This document shows positions 1-18,969 of a DNA stretch of 64,000 bases, in pieces (positions within the stretch are counted from its first letter, which is position 1; each line of letters opens with the position of its first letter). The stretch lies in the NCBI RefSeq assembly GCF_009914755.1, contig NC_060945.1; one strand, written 5' to 3'. The notes beneath the pieces are model-generated. The model saw only the letters and a list, made by a program, of their open reading frames with translations, did not search any database and was not told the DNA's origin. Both the position numbers and the translations under genes were made by a program. The stretch comes from the human T2T-CHM13v2.0 reference genome, Homo sapiens.

Positions 1-421
1 CAACTGTATATCAGAGGCACTGTGGACAAAGAGAGATCAAGAAGAAAAAATGTTTGAATAGTGACATAAAAGATTCTTGCAAAAAAATGGTGGCTCTGAG
101 TAAGAAGACAAAACATATAGTAAGATCAACCTGAGAATCAGGAATGGACAGGATTATCCAAATGTCAATAAAAGCAAAGAGTGTATAACAGAAAGTAATT
201 TGTTTTGTTAAAGGGAGTATTAAAGATCCTCATGCACGTGTAAAACTAATAAACTTCTTATGCCTTTCTTTTACTAAAAAACCTTACTTACACCAACTTG
301 ACCATCATCTGCTGTGACTTTTTTTTTTTTTTGGAAATAATGGTAATCCCTGGTAACTAGAGGTAAAGAATGACTACATATGATTATAATGACAGGTATA
401 GCAACTACTTTTAAGGCACCA

Positions 422-951
422 TGTAGAATTCTTTTAGCTTCATCTGGCTTTTATTCCAGCACCTGGACAACGGTCCTGCATAAGCTATGTCCAGCATCCT
501 GTAGGTAACTTCTGACCACACTTTGTCTCAGGTCTGTGTTGTGTGCCTCCTCCCTCCTTACTCTGGACTTTTCCAGGTAGGATCCCACTGGGATCTGCTT
601 GATGTCCATATTTTCACAACCTGAGGGTAAATAAGAGTTAACTCCCCATGTGGGCACACAGTAAGCAATCAAGGACAGAAGCCAGTAGATGTATGCTCCC
701 CACCCAAACCTTGCCTACATGAGATTGCAAGGTGTAGATTATATTGTTTCTCAGGTAGTCCTATAAAATTTAAGAAACCAATCACCTCTATCAGTAGCCA
801 ACTAAAGAAGACATCTTTGCATTGCCTCTTTCCTGTTTCTGCTTCCTTTCCCTGTCACTCTCGTTTAATCTCTGGGGTCAAACACTAGAATAAAGCATTT
901 GTCCTTAACCCTGTGTTCCAGGTATGCTTTGTGAAGAACTTAGGTAAAGGC
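422..951 (+). mobile_element. Old ERVL solo LTR, LTR16-like
   Basis: Starts TGTAG. Ends aataaagcatttgtccttaaccctgtgttccaggtatgctttgtgaagaacttaggtaaaggCA, resembling the LTR16/LTR33 3' end. Highly diverged. Confidence 0.55.
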
Positions 952-1929
952 AATCATGATGACATTGATGATGATGACAATAACATCTAATATTGCGGAA
1001 ACATCATTCTCATTTTTACAGGTGAAGAAACTAAGGAAGATAAATGTTGCCTTCATTTCCTCTTAATAAGTTAAGTCACAATAAAGAAAAAACAAAACAA
1101 AAAATAAAATAAAATTAAGTTATAAGGTCTTGCTAATGAGGCTACATGTTTACTCATTGACATTTCCCCTCTTGAAATAAAACAAGATAAGCACAAGGGA
1201 AAAATAGGTGGCTACGTTAAGTAAACATTTCTAGTTTGTTTTGGTCACAGATGAAACACAGATTCAGTGAGCACATTACAAAGTAGACTTTAAATTACCC
1301 ATTATTTATTATCATTGCATTAATTCTAGTAGTGGAGTTATTTATTTATTTGTGGCTACTATTTGAGAAGTATTCTTCAATACCAGATTGACTTTTAAAA
1401 TTTGAGAAATAATGGCATTCTGGGGACAGAATAGCAAGCACCTTATTGGGTGATGAGTCATGTCTTCAGGGTATATATTAGCTGCTTCTGGCAGTCCTCA
1501 GCATTTGAGGAGTATCTTAATGATGCTTCTCCAAAGCATTTTTAAAAATAGAAAATTAATGAATAAACATAAAACATTATTTACATTTCTTCTTGAGATA
1601 CTTAATTTTTGTGTTTGTGACAGCTTTGGCATGCCAGGTAGGATTTTATGACTCTGCAAGAACTATAGCATTATTGGGCTTGGAGTGCCCTCTAATGCAG
1701 AAATGACTCCGGTGGCCGAAAACATAGATCAAGACGTTCAATTCCCATCAAAACACCTGGAAAGCTTTCCAAAGAAGGACTGGTACAGCAAAGACTACAA
1801 TAAATACTACTAACTCCCCAGACATTGATAGGCATCCAAAGGCATCAAGGCCGTTCGAGAAAATATGATCTCACCAAACAAACTAAATAAGGCAACCATC
1901 ACCAATTCTGGAGAGAGAGAGATATGTGA

Positions 1930-2284
<355 letters not shown>

Positions 2285-4499
2285 GATAATAGCTGCTTTG
2301 AGGAAACTCAATGATATCTAAAATAACACAGAGAAATAATTCAGAATCCTATCAGATAAATTTAACAATGAAATGGAAATAACTAATAAGAACCAAGCAA
2401 AGATTCTGAAGCTGAAAAATGTAATTGACATACTGAAGAATGCATCAAAGTCTCTCAAGAACAGAATTGATCAAGCAGAATAAAGAATTAGTGGTCTTGA
2501 AGATGGGCTATTTGGAAATGCACAGTCAGAGAAGACAAAAAAAAAAGAAGAATGAAACACAACTACATGATCTAGAAAACAGCCTCAAAAGGGCAAATGT
2601 AAAAGTTATTGGTCTTAAAGAGGAGATAGAGAGAGAGAGATCAGGGTAGAAAGTTTATTCAAAGGGATAATAACAGAAAACATCTCAAACCTAGAAAAAG
2701 ATATCAATATTAAAGTACAAGAAAGTTATAGAACACAAAGCAGATTTTACCAAAATAAGACTACATCAAGACATGTGATAATTAAACTCCCAGAGGTCAA
2801 GAATAAAGAAAAGATCCTAAAAGTAGCAAGATAAAAGAAACAACATACAAAGGAGATCCAATAAATCTACCAGCAGGCTTTTCAGTGGAAACTTTACATG
2901 CTGGGAGAGAGTGGTATGACATAGTTAAAGAGCTGAAGGAATTAAAAAACCTATCCTAGAATAGTACAACCAGCAAAAATATTCTTCAAACATGAAGGAG
3001 AAATAAAAACTCTCCCAGACAAAAACCTGAAGGATTTAATCAATGCCAGACCTGTTCTATAAGCAATGTTAAAGGGAATTCTTCATCCAGAAAAAAAAGG
3101 ATATTAATGAGCAATAAGAAATCATCTGAAGGTTCAAAACTCACTGGTAATAGAAAGTACACAAAAAACGAAGAATAACATAACACTGTAATTCTGGTGT
3201 GTAAACTACTTATATGTTGAGTAGAAAGACTAAAATGTGAACCAATCAAAAATAATAACTACAACAATGTTTCAAGGCATAGGCAGTACAATAAGATATA
3301 AATAGAAACAATCAAAAGTTTAAAAACCCAGGAGATAAAGCTGAAGTGTGGAGTTTTTATTTTTGTTAGTTTTTTTCTTTGTTTGTTTGTTCCTGTAATC
3401 AGTGTCATCATTAGTTTAAAATAATGAGTGATAAGATATTATTCACAAGTCTCAGGGTAATCTCAAATTAAAAAACATACAACAGATACACAAAATATAA
3501 AAAGCAAGACATTAAAACCACCAGCAAAAATCGCTTTCACTAACAGGAAGACAGAAAATAAGGAAAGAAGAAAGAAAAGATCACAAAGCAAGCAGAAAAC
3601 ATATAACAAAATGGCAGAGTTAAATTCTTACTTATAAATAATAATATTGAATGTAAATGGACTAAACTCTCCAATCAAAAGACTTAGAGTGGCTGAATGA
3701 ATTTTTTAAAAAAAATGCCTGATGATATGTTGGCAACAAGAAACAAACTTCACCTATAAAGACACACGTAGACTGAAAATAAACAGAAAAAGATATCACA
3801 TGCAAATGGAAACCAAAAAAGAGCAAGGGTCATTATACTTACATGGAACACAATATGTTTCAAGACAAAAACCATAAAAAGAGACAAAGAAGGTCATTAT
3901 ATAATGATAAGTGGCCAATTCAACAAGAATATATACAATTGTAAATATAATACGCACACAATACGGAAGCACCTAGATATATAATGCTAATTGGATTAGA
4001 GCTAAAGAGAGAGAGAGACCCAAATACAATAATAGCTAGAAGTTTCAACACCACACTTTCAACAATGGACAGATTATCCAGACAGAAAATCAACAAAGAA
4101 ATATTGGACCTAATCTGCACTGTAAACCAAATGGACCTCATAGATATGCACAGAACATTTCAACCAATGGCAGCAGAATACACATTCTTCTCCTCAGCAC
4201 ATTGATCATTCTTGAGGCTAGACCATAGGTTATGCCACAAAACAAGTCTTAAAAATTTCAAAAAAATTGAAGTTACATCAAGTATCTTCTTTGCCCACAA
4301 AAGAGTCAATCTAGAGGTCAATAACAAGGGGGATTTTGGAGACTATACCAAAATATAGAAATTACACAATATGTTTCTGAATGACCAGTGGGTTAATGAA
4401 TAAATAAACAGAAAATTTTAAAACGTTTTTAAGCAAATAACAATGGAAGCACAACATATCAAAATGTGTGGCATACAGCAACAGAAGTACAAAGAGTAA

Positions 4500-4530
4500 T
4501 TTTTTTTTATTATACTTTAAGTTTTAGGGT
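4500..4530 (-). mobile_element. Ultra-short L1PA (PA2-4-type) 3'-end insertion
   Basis: Reverse complement is accctaaaacttaaagtataataaaaaaaaa, the L1PA terminus plus poly(A). Flanked by gt(a/g)caaagagtaa at 4487-4499 and 4529-4541. Confidence 0.85.
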
Positions 4531-4916
4531 GCAAAGAGTAAATTTTAAGCCTATAAGTGCCTACATCAAAAAAGTATAAAAACTTCAAATTAACTATCTA
4601 ATGGTGCATCTTAAAGAACTAGAAAAGCAAGAGCAAATTAAACCCCAAATTTGTAGAAGAAAGCAAATAATAAAGATCAATCAGAAATAAATGAAATTGA
4701 AATGAAAAAACAATACAAAAGGCCAATGCAATAAAATATTGGTTTTTTGAAAAGATAAAACTGACAAGCCTTTAGCAGACAAATTAAGAACAGAGATGAC
4801 CCAAATAAATAAAGTCAGAGCAAAATACAGAGAATCTAGAATAGATAGAGAAATTCTTAGACATAGATGTCTGCCTACCAAGAGTAAGCCATGAAGAAAT
4901 TTGAAGCATAAATAGA

Positions 4917-5230
4917 GGCTGGGCACGGTGGCTCATGCCTGTAATCCCAGCACTTTTGCGAGACCAAGGTAGGTGGATCACTTGAGGGCCAGAGTTTGAG
5001 ACCAGCCTAGCCAACATAGTGAAACCCCATCTCTAGTAAAAACACACACAAAAAATTAGACAAGCATGGTGACATGCAATTGTAATCCCAGCTACTCAAG
5101 AGGCGGAGGCAGGAGAATCTCTTTCATGTAGGAGGCAGAGACTGTAGTGAGCTGAATTTGCACCACTGCACTCCAGCCTGGGCAACAGAGTAAAACTCCA
5201 TCTCAAAAAACAAAACAAAACAAAAAAAAC
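4917..5230 (+). mobile_element. Alu (older S/J-type)
   Basis: Dimeric Alu with (caaaa)n tail. TSD cataaataga at 4907-4916 and 5232-5241. Confidence 0.95.
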
Positions 5231-5328
5231 ACATAAATAGACCAATAACAAATAACAGATTTAAACCATAAAAGACTGTATCACAGCAAAGAAAAGCCTG
5301 GGACCTGATGAATTCTTTGCTGAATTTT

Positions 5329-7961
5329 AGTTTGAAGTTGGGTAGAGTGATGCCTCCAGCTTTGTTCTTTTAGCTTAGGATGCTATATTAGTCTGTTTTC
5401 ATGCTGCTGATAAAGCCATACCTGAGACTGGGCAATTTTCAAAAGAAAGCAATTTAATGGACTTACAATTCCATGTAGCTGGGGAGGCCTCACAATCATG
5501 GTGGAGGGTGAAAGGCATGTCTCACATGGTGGCAGACAAGAGAAGAAGGTTGTGCAGGGAAACACCTCCTTATATAATTGTCAGATCTCATGAGACTTAT
5601 TCACTGTCATGAGAACAGCACAGGAAAGACCTGCCCCTGTGATTCAATTACCTCCCACCAGGTCCCTCCCACAATACGTGGGAATTCAAGGTGAGATTTT
5701 GGTGGGGACACAGCCAAACCATATCAGATGCATTGGCTATTCAGGCTCTCTTTTGGTTCCATATGAATTTTAAAATAGTTTTTTTCTAGTTCTGTGAAGA
5801 CTGTCAATGGTAGTTTAATGGAAGTACCATTGAACGTATAAATTGCTTTGGATAGTATGGTCATTTTAATACTATTGATTCTTCCCATGCATGAGCATGG
5901 AATGTTTTTCCATTTGTTTGTATCGTCTCTGATTTCTTCAAGCAGTGGTTTGTAGTTCACCTCTCCTGTTCACTGTATTCCTAAGTATTTTATTATTTTT
6001 GTGGCAATTGTGAATGCGAGTTTGTTCGTGATTTGGCTCTTGGCTTAACTGTTGTTGGTGTATAGGAATGTTAGTGATTTTGCACATTGATTTTGTATCT
6101 TGAGATTTTGCTGAAGTTGTTTATCACCTTAAGAGGCTTTTGGGCCAAGACTACAGGGTTTTCTACATATAGGATTATGTCATCTGCAAACAGAAATAAT
6201 TTGACTGCCTCTCTTCCTGTTTGACTGCCTTTTATTTCTTTCTCTTGCTGACTGCCTGGCCAGAAGTTCCAATACTATGTTGAATAGGAGTGGTAAAAGA
6301 GGGCATCCTTGTCTTGTGCTGGCTTTCAAGGGGAGTTCTTCCAGCATTTGCCCAGTCAGTATGGTGCTGGTTGTGGGTTTGTCACAGATGACTCTCATTA
6401 TTTTGAGGTATGATCCATCACTACCTAGTTTATTGAGAGTTTTTAAAATGAAGGAATGTTAAATTTTATCAAAACACTTTTCTGCATCTATTGAGATAAT
6501 CATGTGGTTTTTGTCTTAGTTTTTTGCCTTTGTTTACGTGATGAATCACATTTATTGATTTGCATATGATGAACCAACCTAGCATCTAGGGGATGAATCC
6601 TACTTACTCATAGTGAATACACTTTTTGATGCTGAATTTGGTTTGCCAGTATTTTTTTGGATTTTTTGAATTGATGTTCATCAAGGATATTGGCCTGAAG
6701 TTTTCTTATTTTGTTGTATCTCTGCCAGGTTGGTACCAGGATGATGCTGATCTCATAGAATGAGTTATGGATGAGTCCTCTTCTTCACTTCTTTGGAATA
6801 GTTTCAGTAGAGATGGTATCAGCTCTTCTTTGCACTTCTGGTAAATTTCAGCTGTGAATCTGTCTTACCCTGAGCTTTTTAAGGTTAGTAGGCTATTTAT
6901 TACTACCTCAATTTGAAAACACACTTTTGGTCTGTTCAGGAATTCCATTTCTACCTGGTTCAGTATTGGGAAGGTGTATGTGCCCGTGAATTTATTCATT
7001 TCTTCTAGATTTTCTAGTTTGTGTGTATAGAGGTATTTATAATATTCTCCGATGGTTGTTTGTATTTCTGTGGGGTCAGTAGCAATATCTCCCTTATCAT
7101 TTCTGATTGTGTTTATTTGAATCTTCCCCTCTTCTTTATTAGTCTAGCTGGTGGTCTAACTCTTTCACTTATTTATTCAAAAAAAAAGAAAACACCTCCT
7201 GAATTTGTTGGGGTTTTGAATGGTCTTTCATGTCTCTATCTCCTCCAGTTCAGCTCTGATTTTGGTTACTTCTTGTCTTCTGCTAAGTTTGAAATTTGTT
7301 TACTCTTTGTTCTCTAGTTCTTTTAGATATGATGTTGGGTTGTTAAGATCTTTCTAATTTTTTGATGTGGGCACTTAATGCTATAAATTTTCATCTTAAC
7401 ACTGCCTTAGCTGTGTCCCAGAGATTCTGGTAGGTTGTATCTTTTTTTCTCATTAGTTTCAAATAACTTCTTGCTTTCTGCCTTAATTTCATTATTTTCC
7501 CAAACGTTATTCAGGAGCAGGTTATTCAATTTCCATGTAATCATACGGTTTTGAGTTAATGTCTTAGTCTTAAGTACTAATTTAATTGTGCTGTGGTCTG
7601 AAAGACTGTCTGTTGTGATTTCAGCTCTTTTGCATTTGCTGAGTAATGGTGTAATTCTCATTATGCGATTAATTTTAGAGTAAGTAATATGTGGCAATGA
7701 GAAAAATGTATTTTCAGTTGTTCTGGGGTGGAGAGTTTGGTAGATATTTATCAGGTTTATTTTAATCCAAAGCTGAGTTCAGGTCCTGAATATCTTTCTT
7801 ACATTTCTGTCTCAATGATCTAATATTGACAGTGGGGTGTTAAATTCACCCACTTTTATTGTGTGAGTCTAAGTCTCTCTGAAGATCTCCAAGAAATTGA
7901 TTTACCAATATGGGTGCTCCTATGTTGGGTGCATATATATTTAAGATAGTTAGCTCTTCTT
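5329..7961 (-). mobile_element. Internal ORF2 fragment of an older L1PA (about PA8-PA13), truncated at both ends
   Basis: Minus-strand ORFs [39 protein letters not shown] and [10 protein letters not shown]. Interrupted by a THE1 LTR. Confidence 0.9.
5384..5726 (-). mobile_element. THE1 (MaLR) solo LTR
   Basis: Reverse strand begins tgatatggtttggctgtgtcccc. Perfect 5-bp TSD gatgc at 5379-5383 and 5727-5731. Confidence 0.95.
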
Positions 7962-12980
<5,019 letters not shown>

Positions 12981-13199
12981 CCAAAATATGTATAAGAGAA
13001 GTATGGAAATAAATTCCTGTAGGAGAAAAGGTATTGTGTAAACTAACTGAATTATATTGTGCAACCTAGCTGAATTAAACATTAATTTTTTGACTAACTG
13101 TTACTCTAACTATTGTAGCTCACATATTACAATAATTTCTGGCTGCTTTTAAACTACATATATGATTCTGATAGAAGGAGAAACTTTCTGACATAAATA

Positions 13200-13440
13200 C
13201 AGGTTACCCTTAAGCAACATGGGTTTTAACTGGGTGCGTCCAATTAGACATGGAATTTTTTTTCAACCAAACACAGATGGAAAATACAGCCTTCGTGGGA
13301 TGTAAAACCTGCGCATACAGAAAGCCAACTTTTTATATATACAGATTCCACAGGGCCAAGTGTGAGGCTTCACCATGCATAGGTTTGGGTATTTGTGGAC
13401 GTCCTGGTACCACTGCCCTGCGTATACTGAAGGTCGACTG
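13200..13440. mobile_element. MER8-type (TcMar-Tigger) non-autonomous DNA transposon
   Basis: ~240 bp with termini caggttaccctt...aaggtcgactg and TA on both sides (13198-99, 13441-42). Internal ttttcaaccaaacacagatggaaaatacag matches the recalled MER8 body. Confidence 0.8.
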
Positions 13441-15119
13441 TACTATGCATGAGAGACTTCCACTTTAAAATGGCATCTGGTGATATCCAAATTCCCCACA
13501 AAAGCATTTGTAAATACTCTGAAAAATGCAAAAATGTACAATGCTACAAAAATTTGGTCTGCAAGAATGTATTTACTTACTTACCTAAGGAAACCAAATT
13601 GAAAAATGAAATAAGTAGCCTTCCATGCCCTATTTGCCTGAAAATATGTCTTTGGTTCTCCTCAAACTTCACCCAAGTGCCATGGGAAACAGCACAGGAC
13701 AACAGCTAAGAGTAAAGACTCTGGAGTGAGGCTGTGCTTGTAAGCATGAATCAGGTGCATTCGAGGTTGACATCCTGGTTTTATGGCAACTTGGTGCAAA
13801 CACCAATGATACTATTTTTACAGAAGGTTAGAGAGGGGAGAAAAGAGAATTCATAGGCCCTTGAATATTTTCTACATATGGAAACAAATGACACATATTG
13901 TCTGGCTAACCAAAAGCCAAAAGTTAAAAACAAAATATACATCTTTAAGGGTTAGAGAAAAGGAAACAGATAGGAATAGCCTTAGGAATTCAAAATTGGA
14001 GGAACAATGTAGATCATTGTGAGGTGGCTTCTTTTTTAGCAGTTAATTTGGATACATTAATCATAATCAACTCTCTTTAATCAGAAATTGGGATTTCCTG
14101 AGGACTTTTCATTAATTGCAAACCAGAGCAGTAGGCAAATTATTCTTCACTGCAGATCAGAGTATTCCTTTGTGGGTTATGTTCGTATCCCACAGAATGA
14201 AGTTCAAATAGAATTTTTACTGAATTTTGCTATCATATTACCACACATCCCCCATTAATTCATTACTGCTAATAGAATACATGTGTGTTCCTCAAATGGT
14301 AGACCATGAAATGACTGAGCTAATGAGTAAAACTGAGCTTCTACAGGTATAGCTGGGAGCATGCAGGGGAATGGTATAAGGGCTGTTGTTCTATTCAGCA
14401 CAGAAGCAGTTAAGTCAGCTTCATATTCTCCTCCATTTTGCACTGGCTTTTAATGACATTAAATCAAATTATATTTTCTTAGAAGATTTAATGTTTAGCT
14501 TTTCTAATTTTACCTTCATAATGAAATTGTAGTAGGGCTGTGTGCAGTCATTTGGATAAAATTGAAAGTGCCATCAGTTATACACTCTAAACGAAATAGC
14601 AGCCTTTTTGTTTAACTTTAGTTAATGGTCTCATAGTTTCACATAAAAACTTTCTACCTCCTCTGTTGGAATTTGACTACAAGCTTTGAAACTACAAGCA
14701 AAGTTGCTTATCACAAATGGAGAATTCCCAGAAACAAAAGCTTATCTTAATGCAATTATTCAAATTAAAATGTTTGCATTTGATGACACACATATTTGAG
14801 GACAATCGCCCACCTTTTTTATGTTTACATTTAGTAATTCATGTCCTTTCTGTTTCAAGGCAGCTTCACTGGTACAGTGGTTTCCAGAATCACTTCTCAC
14901 TTCCATTATGAACTTCTTAAAAACTCAGTAAGAGGAGCAGCCTTACGCAGAGAAAGGCACCAGTGTGAAAGTCACTGACCAAAATGTTTTTCAGGTTCTG
15001 AAGCTACTAAGCAGACATCATTGCCCAAATTCTTAAGTTCTCCAAGGCTCTTGTTTCTTCAACTATGAGACTAAGTACCAATAGTAATTATTAGTGATGT
15101 TGTTACTGTCATTCTGAAA

Positions 15120-15330
15120 ATAATAGTAAGTAGCTAATATTTACTGGGTATTTGCCATGTGTCACATTGTGAGCTGGGCACTTGTCTCTGTAAGATCTCA
15201 TTTCATTACCGTGAGAGCTTTATATACAGTCAATGATTTCTTCATTTTACTGATGAAGATATTGAGGTTCAGAGAGGTTTGGAAATTTATGTAAGCTCTC
15301 ACAGCTAGCAAAGGTCATAACCAGAAAACT
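15120..15330 (-). mobile_element. MIR SINE
   Basis: Core cattttactgatgaagatattgaggttcagagaggtt and the antisense tail agctaatatttactggg. Confidence 0.75.
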
Positions 15331-16256
15331 AAATAAGGTCTGAATTAAGAATAAAAGACATTGAAAGACGCTTTAAGTCCTAAAATTCAGAGTAAAATAG
15401 GAGTCACTGACTGAATTTTAACTTTACGTAAAATATGAAAATTATACTTATGAAACATCCATATTTCTAAAAATAATTTCCTGTTGGAACATCTTTATAA
15501 TTATATACAACATAGTTTAATTTATAAACTTATTTTAGATGTACAGCTACCATTTGAAAGGAGAACGACCTCTAATTTTTATATGAAATACCATGCAGTA
15601 TAATATTACTTCTTGTTAATTTTCAATTAACAATTTTCCTTTTTTAAATCATGTCTCCAATTATTGTCTGTGCCCTTTTTCGGCTGTGCAACTGAAATCT
15701 TTGACTGAAGTGTAATTTCATTATTTGTAAAGGCAGAAACAATGGAACTGTCTGTGCTCATATTAATTTTAGTAGAGCGTGCACTCTAAAATATTTAGCC
15801 AGAGCAACAAAGTTTATGTCAATCCTAGTTATTATCAGCCTAGAAATCTCTTGGAACTAGAATCCATTGTAAAGTCAAATTAAAGGTTTCTGTCTCTTGG
15901 TAAAGCAGGACTCTCTCACTTATTACATTTCAAAGAACAATAAACTGCTTATATAATTTTCTTCACACCATGTTGGAACTTATCCTTATGCCTTTGCTCA
16001 CACTGAGTTGGGCTTAAAATATTTCCTCCTCCTTTGTAAAGTCTTAGATATCCTTTCATTTATTCTTTAAGACTCATCTTTGTGTCACCTTCTAAGACAT
16101 CTTCTTTATTGCCCTACTAAAAACCACATATACCTACTCCCAGGCAAAATGATGCCCCTTTATAAAGATCTTTATTGCTGCACATATGGTATTACGGTAC
16201 AATTAACAGTTTATATGTCATTCTTCCTTACAAGACAGAATATTGTTTCAGGAAGG

Positions 16257-16424
16257 TTTTTTGTTTTTTAAGTGACAGCCTCTCTATGCACCTAGGCTGG
16301 ACTGCAGTGGTTACTCATGGGGACAATTATGGGACATTATATTCTTCACATCCTGAGCAAACTGATGCTCCTGCCTTGGCCTCTGGAGTAGCTAGAACTG
16401 CAGACATGGATCACCATGACTGGT
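16257..16424 (-). mobile_element. Fossil Alu monomer (FAM/FLAM-like)
   Basis: Monomeric 7SL-derived sequence caccTaggctggactgcagtgg...gagtagctagaactgcag. TSD-like tttcagg(a/t)ag on both sides. Confidence 0.7.
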
Positions 16425-17126
16425 TTCAGGTAGCTTTTGAGTGTAGAAGAATAACCCAATAGTTGCCTGATCTAGGCTGCCTTTTGGCCTATTCTTCATC
16501 AAGCTGTGGGTCAGAGTGGGCATGAGTCCTTGCTTAGATCTCTATGTGTATTACTTCTGGGGCACAGTTCTACTTATGGTGACGGAGGAACAATCAATAA
16601 ATCAACCTGCACTGCACAAGCACATTTTGTACAACTGCTTTCATCACATCTGCTAACATTGTTTTGGCAAAGCAAATCATATGAACAAACACAACATCAG
16701 GGTGCAGCCCCAGAGGAGGCTGTGAGTGCATATTATCATGACAAGGAAGTGAAGAGTTGTGACCAATAGGTCAAATACTATAGAATAACAACCAGTTCTC
16801 ATTTATCTTTATGTGTATATCCAGTGCCTGGGACTATACTTGACCATTGTGAGTCCTCAAGACATGTATGAAGAATGAATGCTCTGACACTGCTGATAGT
16901 GTTCCCACACTCATTCGTTCTGTGAGGCATACTCCAAACCACATCAAACTACCAAAGATTTGAAACACAGGATGTTGAACTCCCCAATTATATTTATCGA
17001 GACATTCAACAGCTTCCAAACAGAAATACAAAGATAGAGATTTTCATACAGTAAACTGTTAGGTTATAATTTGGGCAGAAGAACATAAAGTTGTAGCCTT
17101 AGACATGGAATTTATTCATTTCCGTT

Positions 17127-17682
17127 TGTGGTATATTGTTTTCCAAAATGCCTACAACGATATCTCCTTTCCCATGTGTGCCTTTGCAATAGGACCATGC
17201 CACCCATCCCAGCAAGGGGTACAGTCTGTTTCTACCTTCCTTCAATCTAGGATATCCTTGCGACTTGCTTGACCAGTAGAATGTGGTGGAAGTGACCCTA
17301 TGCAGTTATGGGTCTACGTCTTAAGAGGTCTTGCAATATTTTTCTAAGAGGTCTTGCAATATTTTTCTTAGTTTCTGCAGAATTTTATCTTTTACATAAA
17401 GAAACACAGGCAAGACAACTGAATAATGAGCAACCATGTGAAGAGAGCCAAGACACATGGAGGAGGACCAAAAGACCCTACCAGCATTCACCACCAGTAG
17501 ACCATCTTGGATCCCTTGGCCCCAGTTGAACTTTTTCAGCCAATACCAGGTGAAACAGAGACAAGCCGTCCCCTCTGAGCACTGCCTGAATTCCTCACCC
17601 ACAGAATCATGAGTAATAAAACAGTTATTTTAAGTTTCTAAGTTTTGGAGTGGTTTATAATACAGCAATAGGTAACTAAAAG
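17127..17682 (+). mobile_element. MLT1 (G/H-like) MaLR LTR with an internal 23-bp tandem duplication
   Basis: tgtggtatattg...ttgaccagtagaatgtggtggaagtgac...aagttttggagtggtttataatacagcaataggtaact. Duplicated taagaggtcttgcaatatttttc at 17322-17367. Confidence 0.75.
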
Positions 17683-18599
17683 AGCTCAAAACTACTCCTA
17701 AAAGAACAGAGAAAATTGATACTGAGAACTCTGACATAAACCAGCTGGAATCATTTTAAAAATAACTGTTACAGAATTGCCACATCTGAAATAATGAACA
17801 TTTTGAATTGATTCCTAAAAAAATAAGCACAGAAAATTTCAGACTAAAAGATAGCCAACCTCCAAGTATTTCTTGTCTAAACATGAATATATGGATATAA
17901 ATATTGTTCACTTAGACTTTTTTAGAAAAATCATCAAAATGTCAAAGCATTTTAAACATTAATAAATATGATATAAATAATATATTTAAGTATATTATAA
18001 TTTAAAGTGTTTTCACTTTTGTATAATCTTTGTTCCATTAAAAAAAACCTTCAATTTCTATAAACATTTAAACTCATATAAAAATAGTTATTAGTAAGTA
18101 AGTCAACTAGGAGATGGATTCCCAGCAAAATTCAACTAGCTATTTCTGGGACAGTCCACTGATAATATGAACTTAAGATCAACTGATCTTCTGAAAGGTA
18201 CAATTTCAAATCAAGCAGAAGAGGTAACAGTTTTTAGGAATTCTTTTTTTTCCAATTTAGTGAGATAAAAATGCGCTCATTTAGATGCCAAAATCATTTA
18301 AAGCTTGTGTAATGAATGTAAAAATAAATACACTCTAAGACTGAATTCAATTCCACCTGAATATATTACAGGGAGAATATGTCACATCCAATATTGAGGG
18401 AAACACGAAGCTTCTTAGGAAATGTAAATATTTCTACTTTAGCAAGTCTAATCTCATTCATCATCATCAGTGTGTCCCCTCCACCCCAACCAAAAAAGAA
18501 GAAGAAGAAGAAATAGTTTGGAAAGAGTCCAAAGATCATTAAAAGTGAACCAAAAAAAATCCTATTAATTTTGCATTTTGGAAAAAGGAGGGAAGAGCC

Positions 18600-18608
18600 A
18601 AGATGGCC
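18600..18608 (+). promoter_or_regulatory. YY1 site of the L1 5'UTR internal promoter
   Basis: AAGATGGCC intact at the canonical position near the L1 start. Confidence 0.8.
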
Positions 18609-18969
18609 GAATAGGAACAGCTCCGGTCTACAGTTCTCAGTGTGAGCGACGCAGAAGACGGGTGATTTCTGCATTTCCATCTGAGCTTTGAAGAGAGCAG
18701 TGGTTCTCCCAGCACGCAGCTGGAGATCTGAGAACGGGCAGACTGCCTCCTCAAGTGGGTCCCTGACCCCTGACCCCCGAGCAGCCTAACTGGGAGGCAC
18801 CCCCCAGTAGGGGCAGACTGACACCTCACACGGCCGGGTACTCCAACAGACCTGCAGCTGAGGGTCCTGTCTGTTAGAAGGAAAACTAACAAACAGAAAG
18901 GACATCCACACCAAAAACCCATCTGTATATCACCATCATCAAAGACCAAAAGTAGATAAAACCACCAAG

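Noticed and set aside
17322-17367. Short direct repeats as CRISPR-like arrays (also 40138-40185, ~57920-57962 and ~58102-58160)
   Set aside because: Each is a two-copy 23-28-bp tandem microduplication inside a TE, with no spacers, in eukaryotic DNA.
18539-18949. 136-aa antisense ORF as L1 ORF0
   Set aside because: ORF0 lies in the spliced-out 5'UTR segment. This frame is just the antisense GC-rich 5'UTR read across the splice junction.
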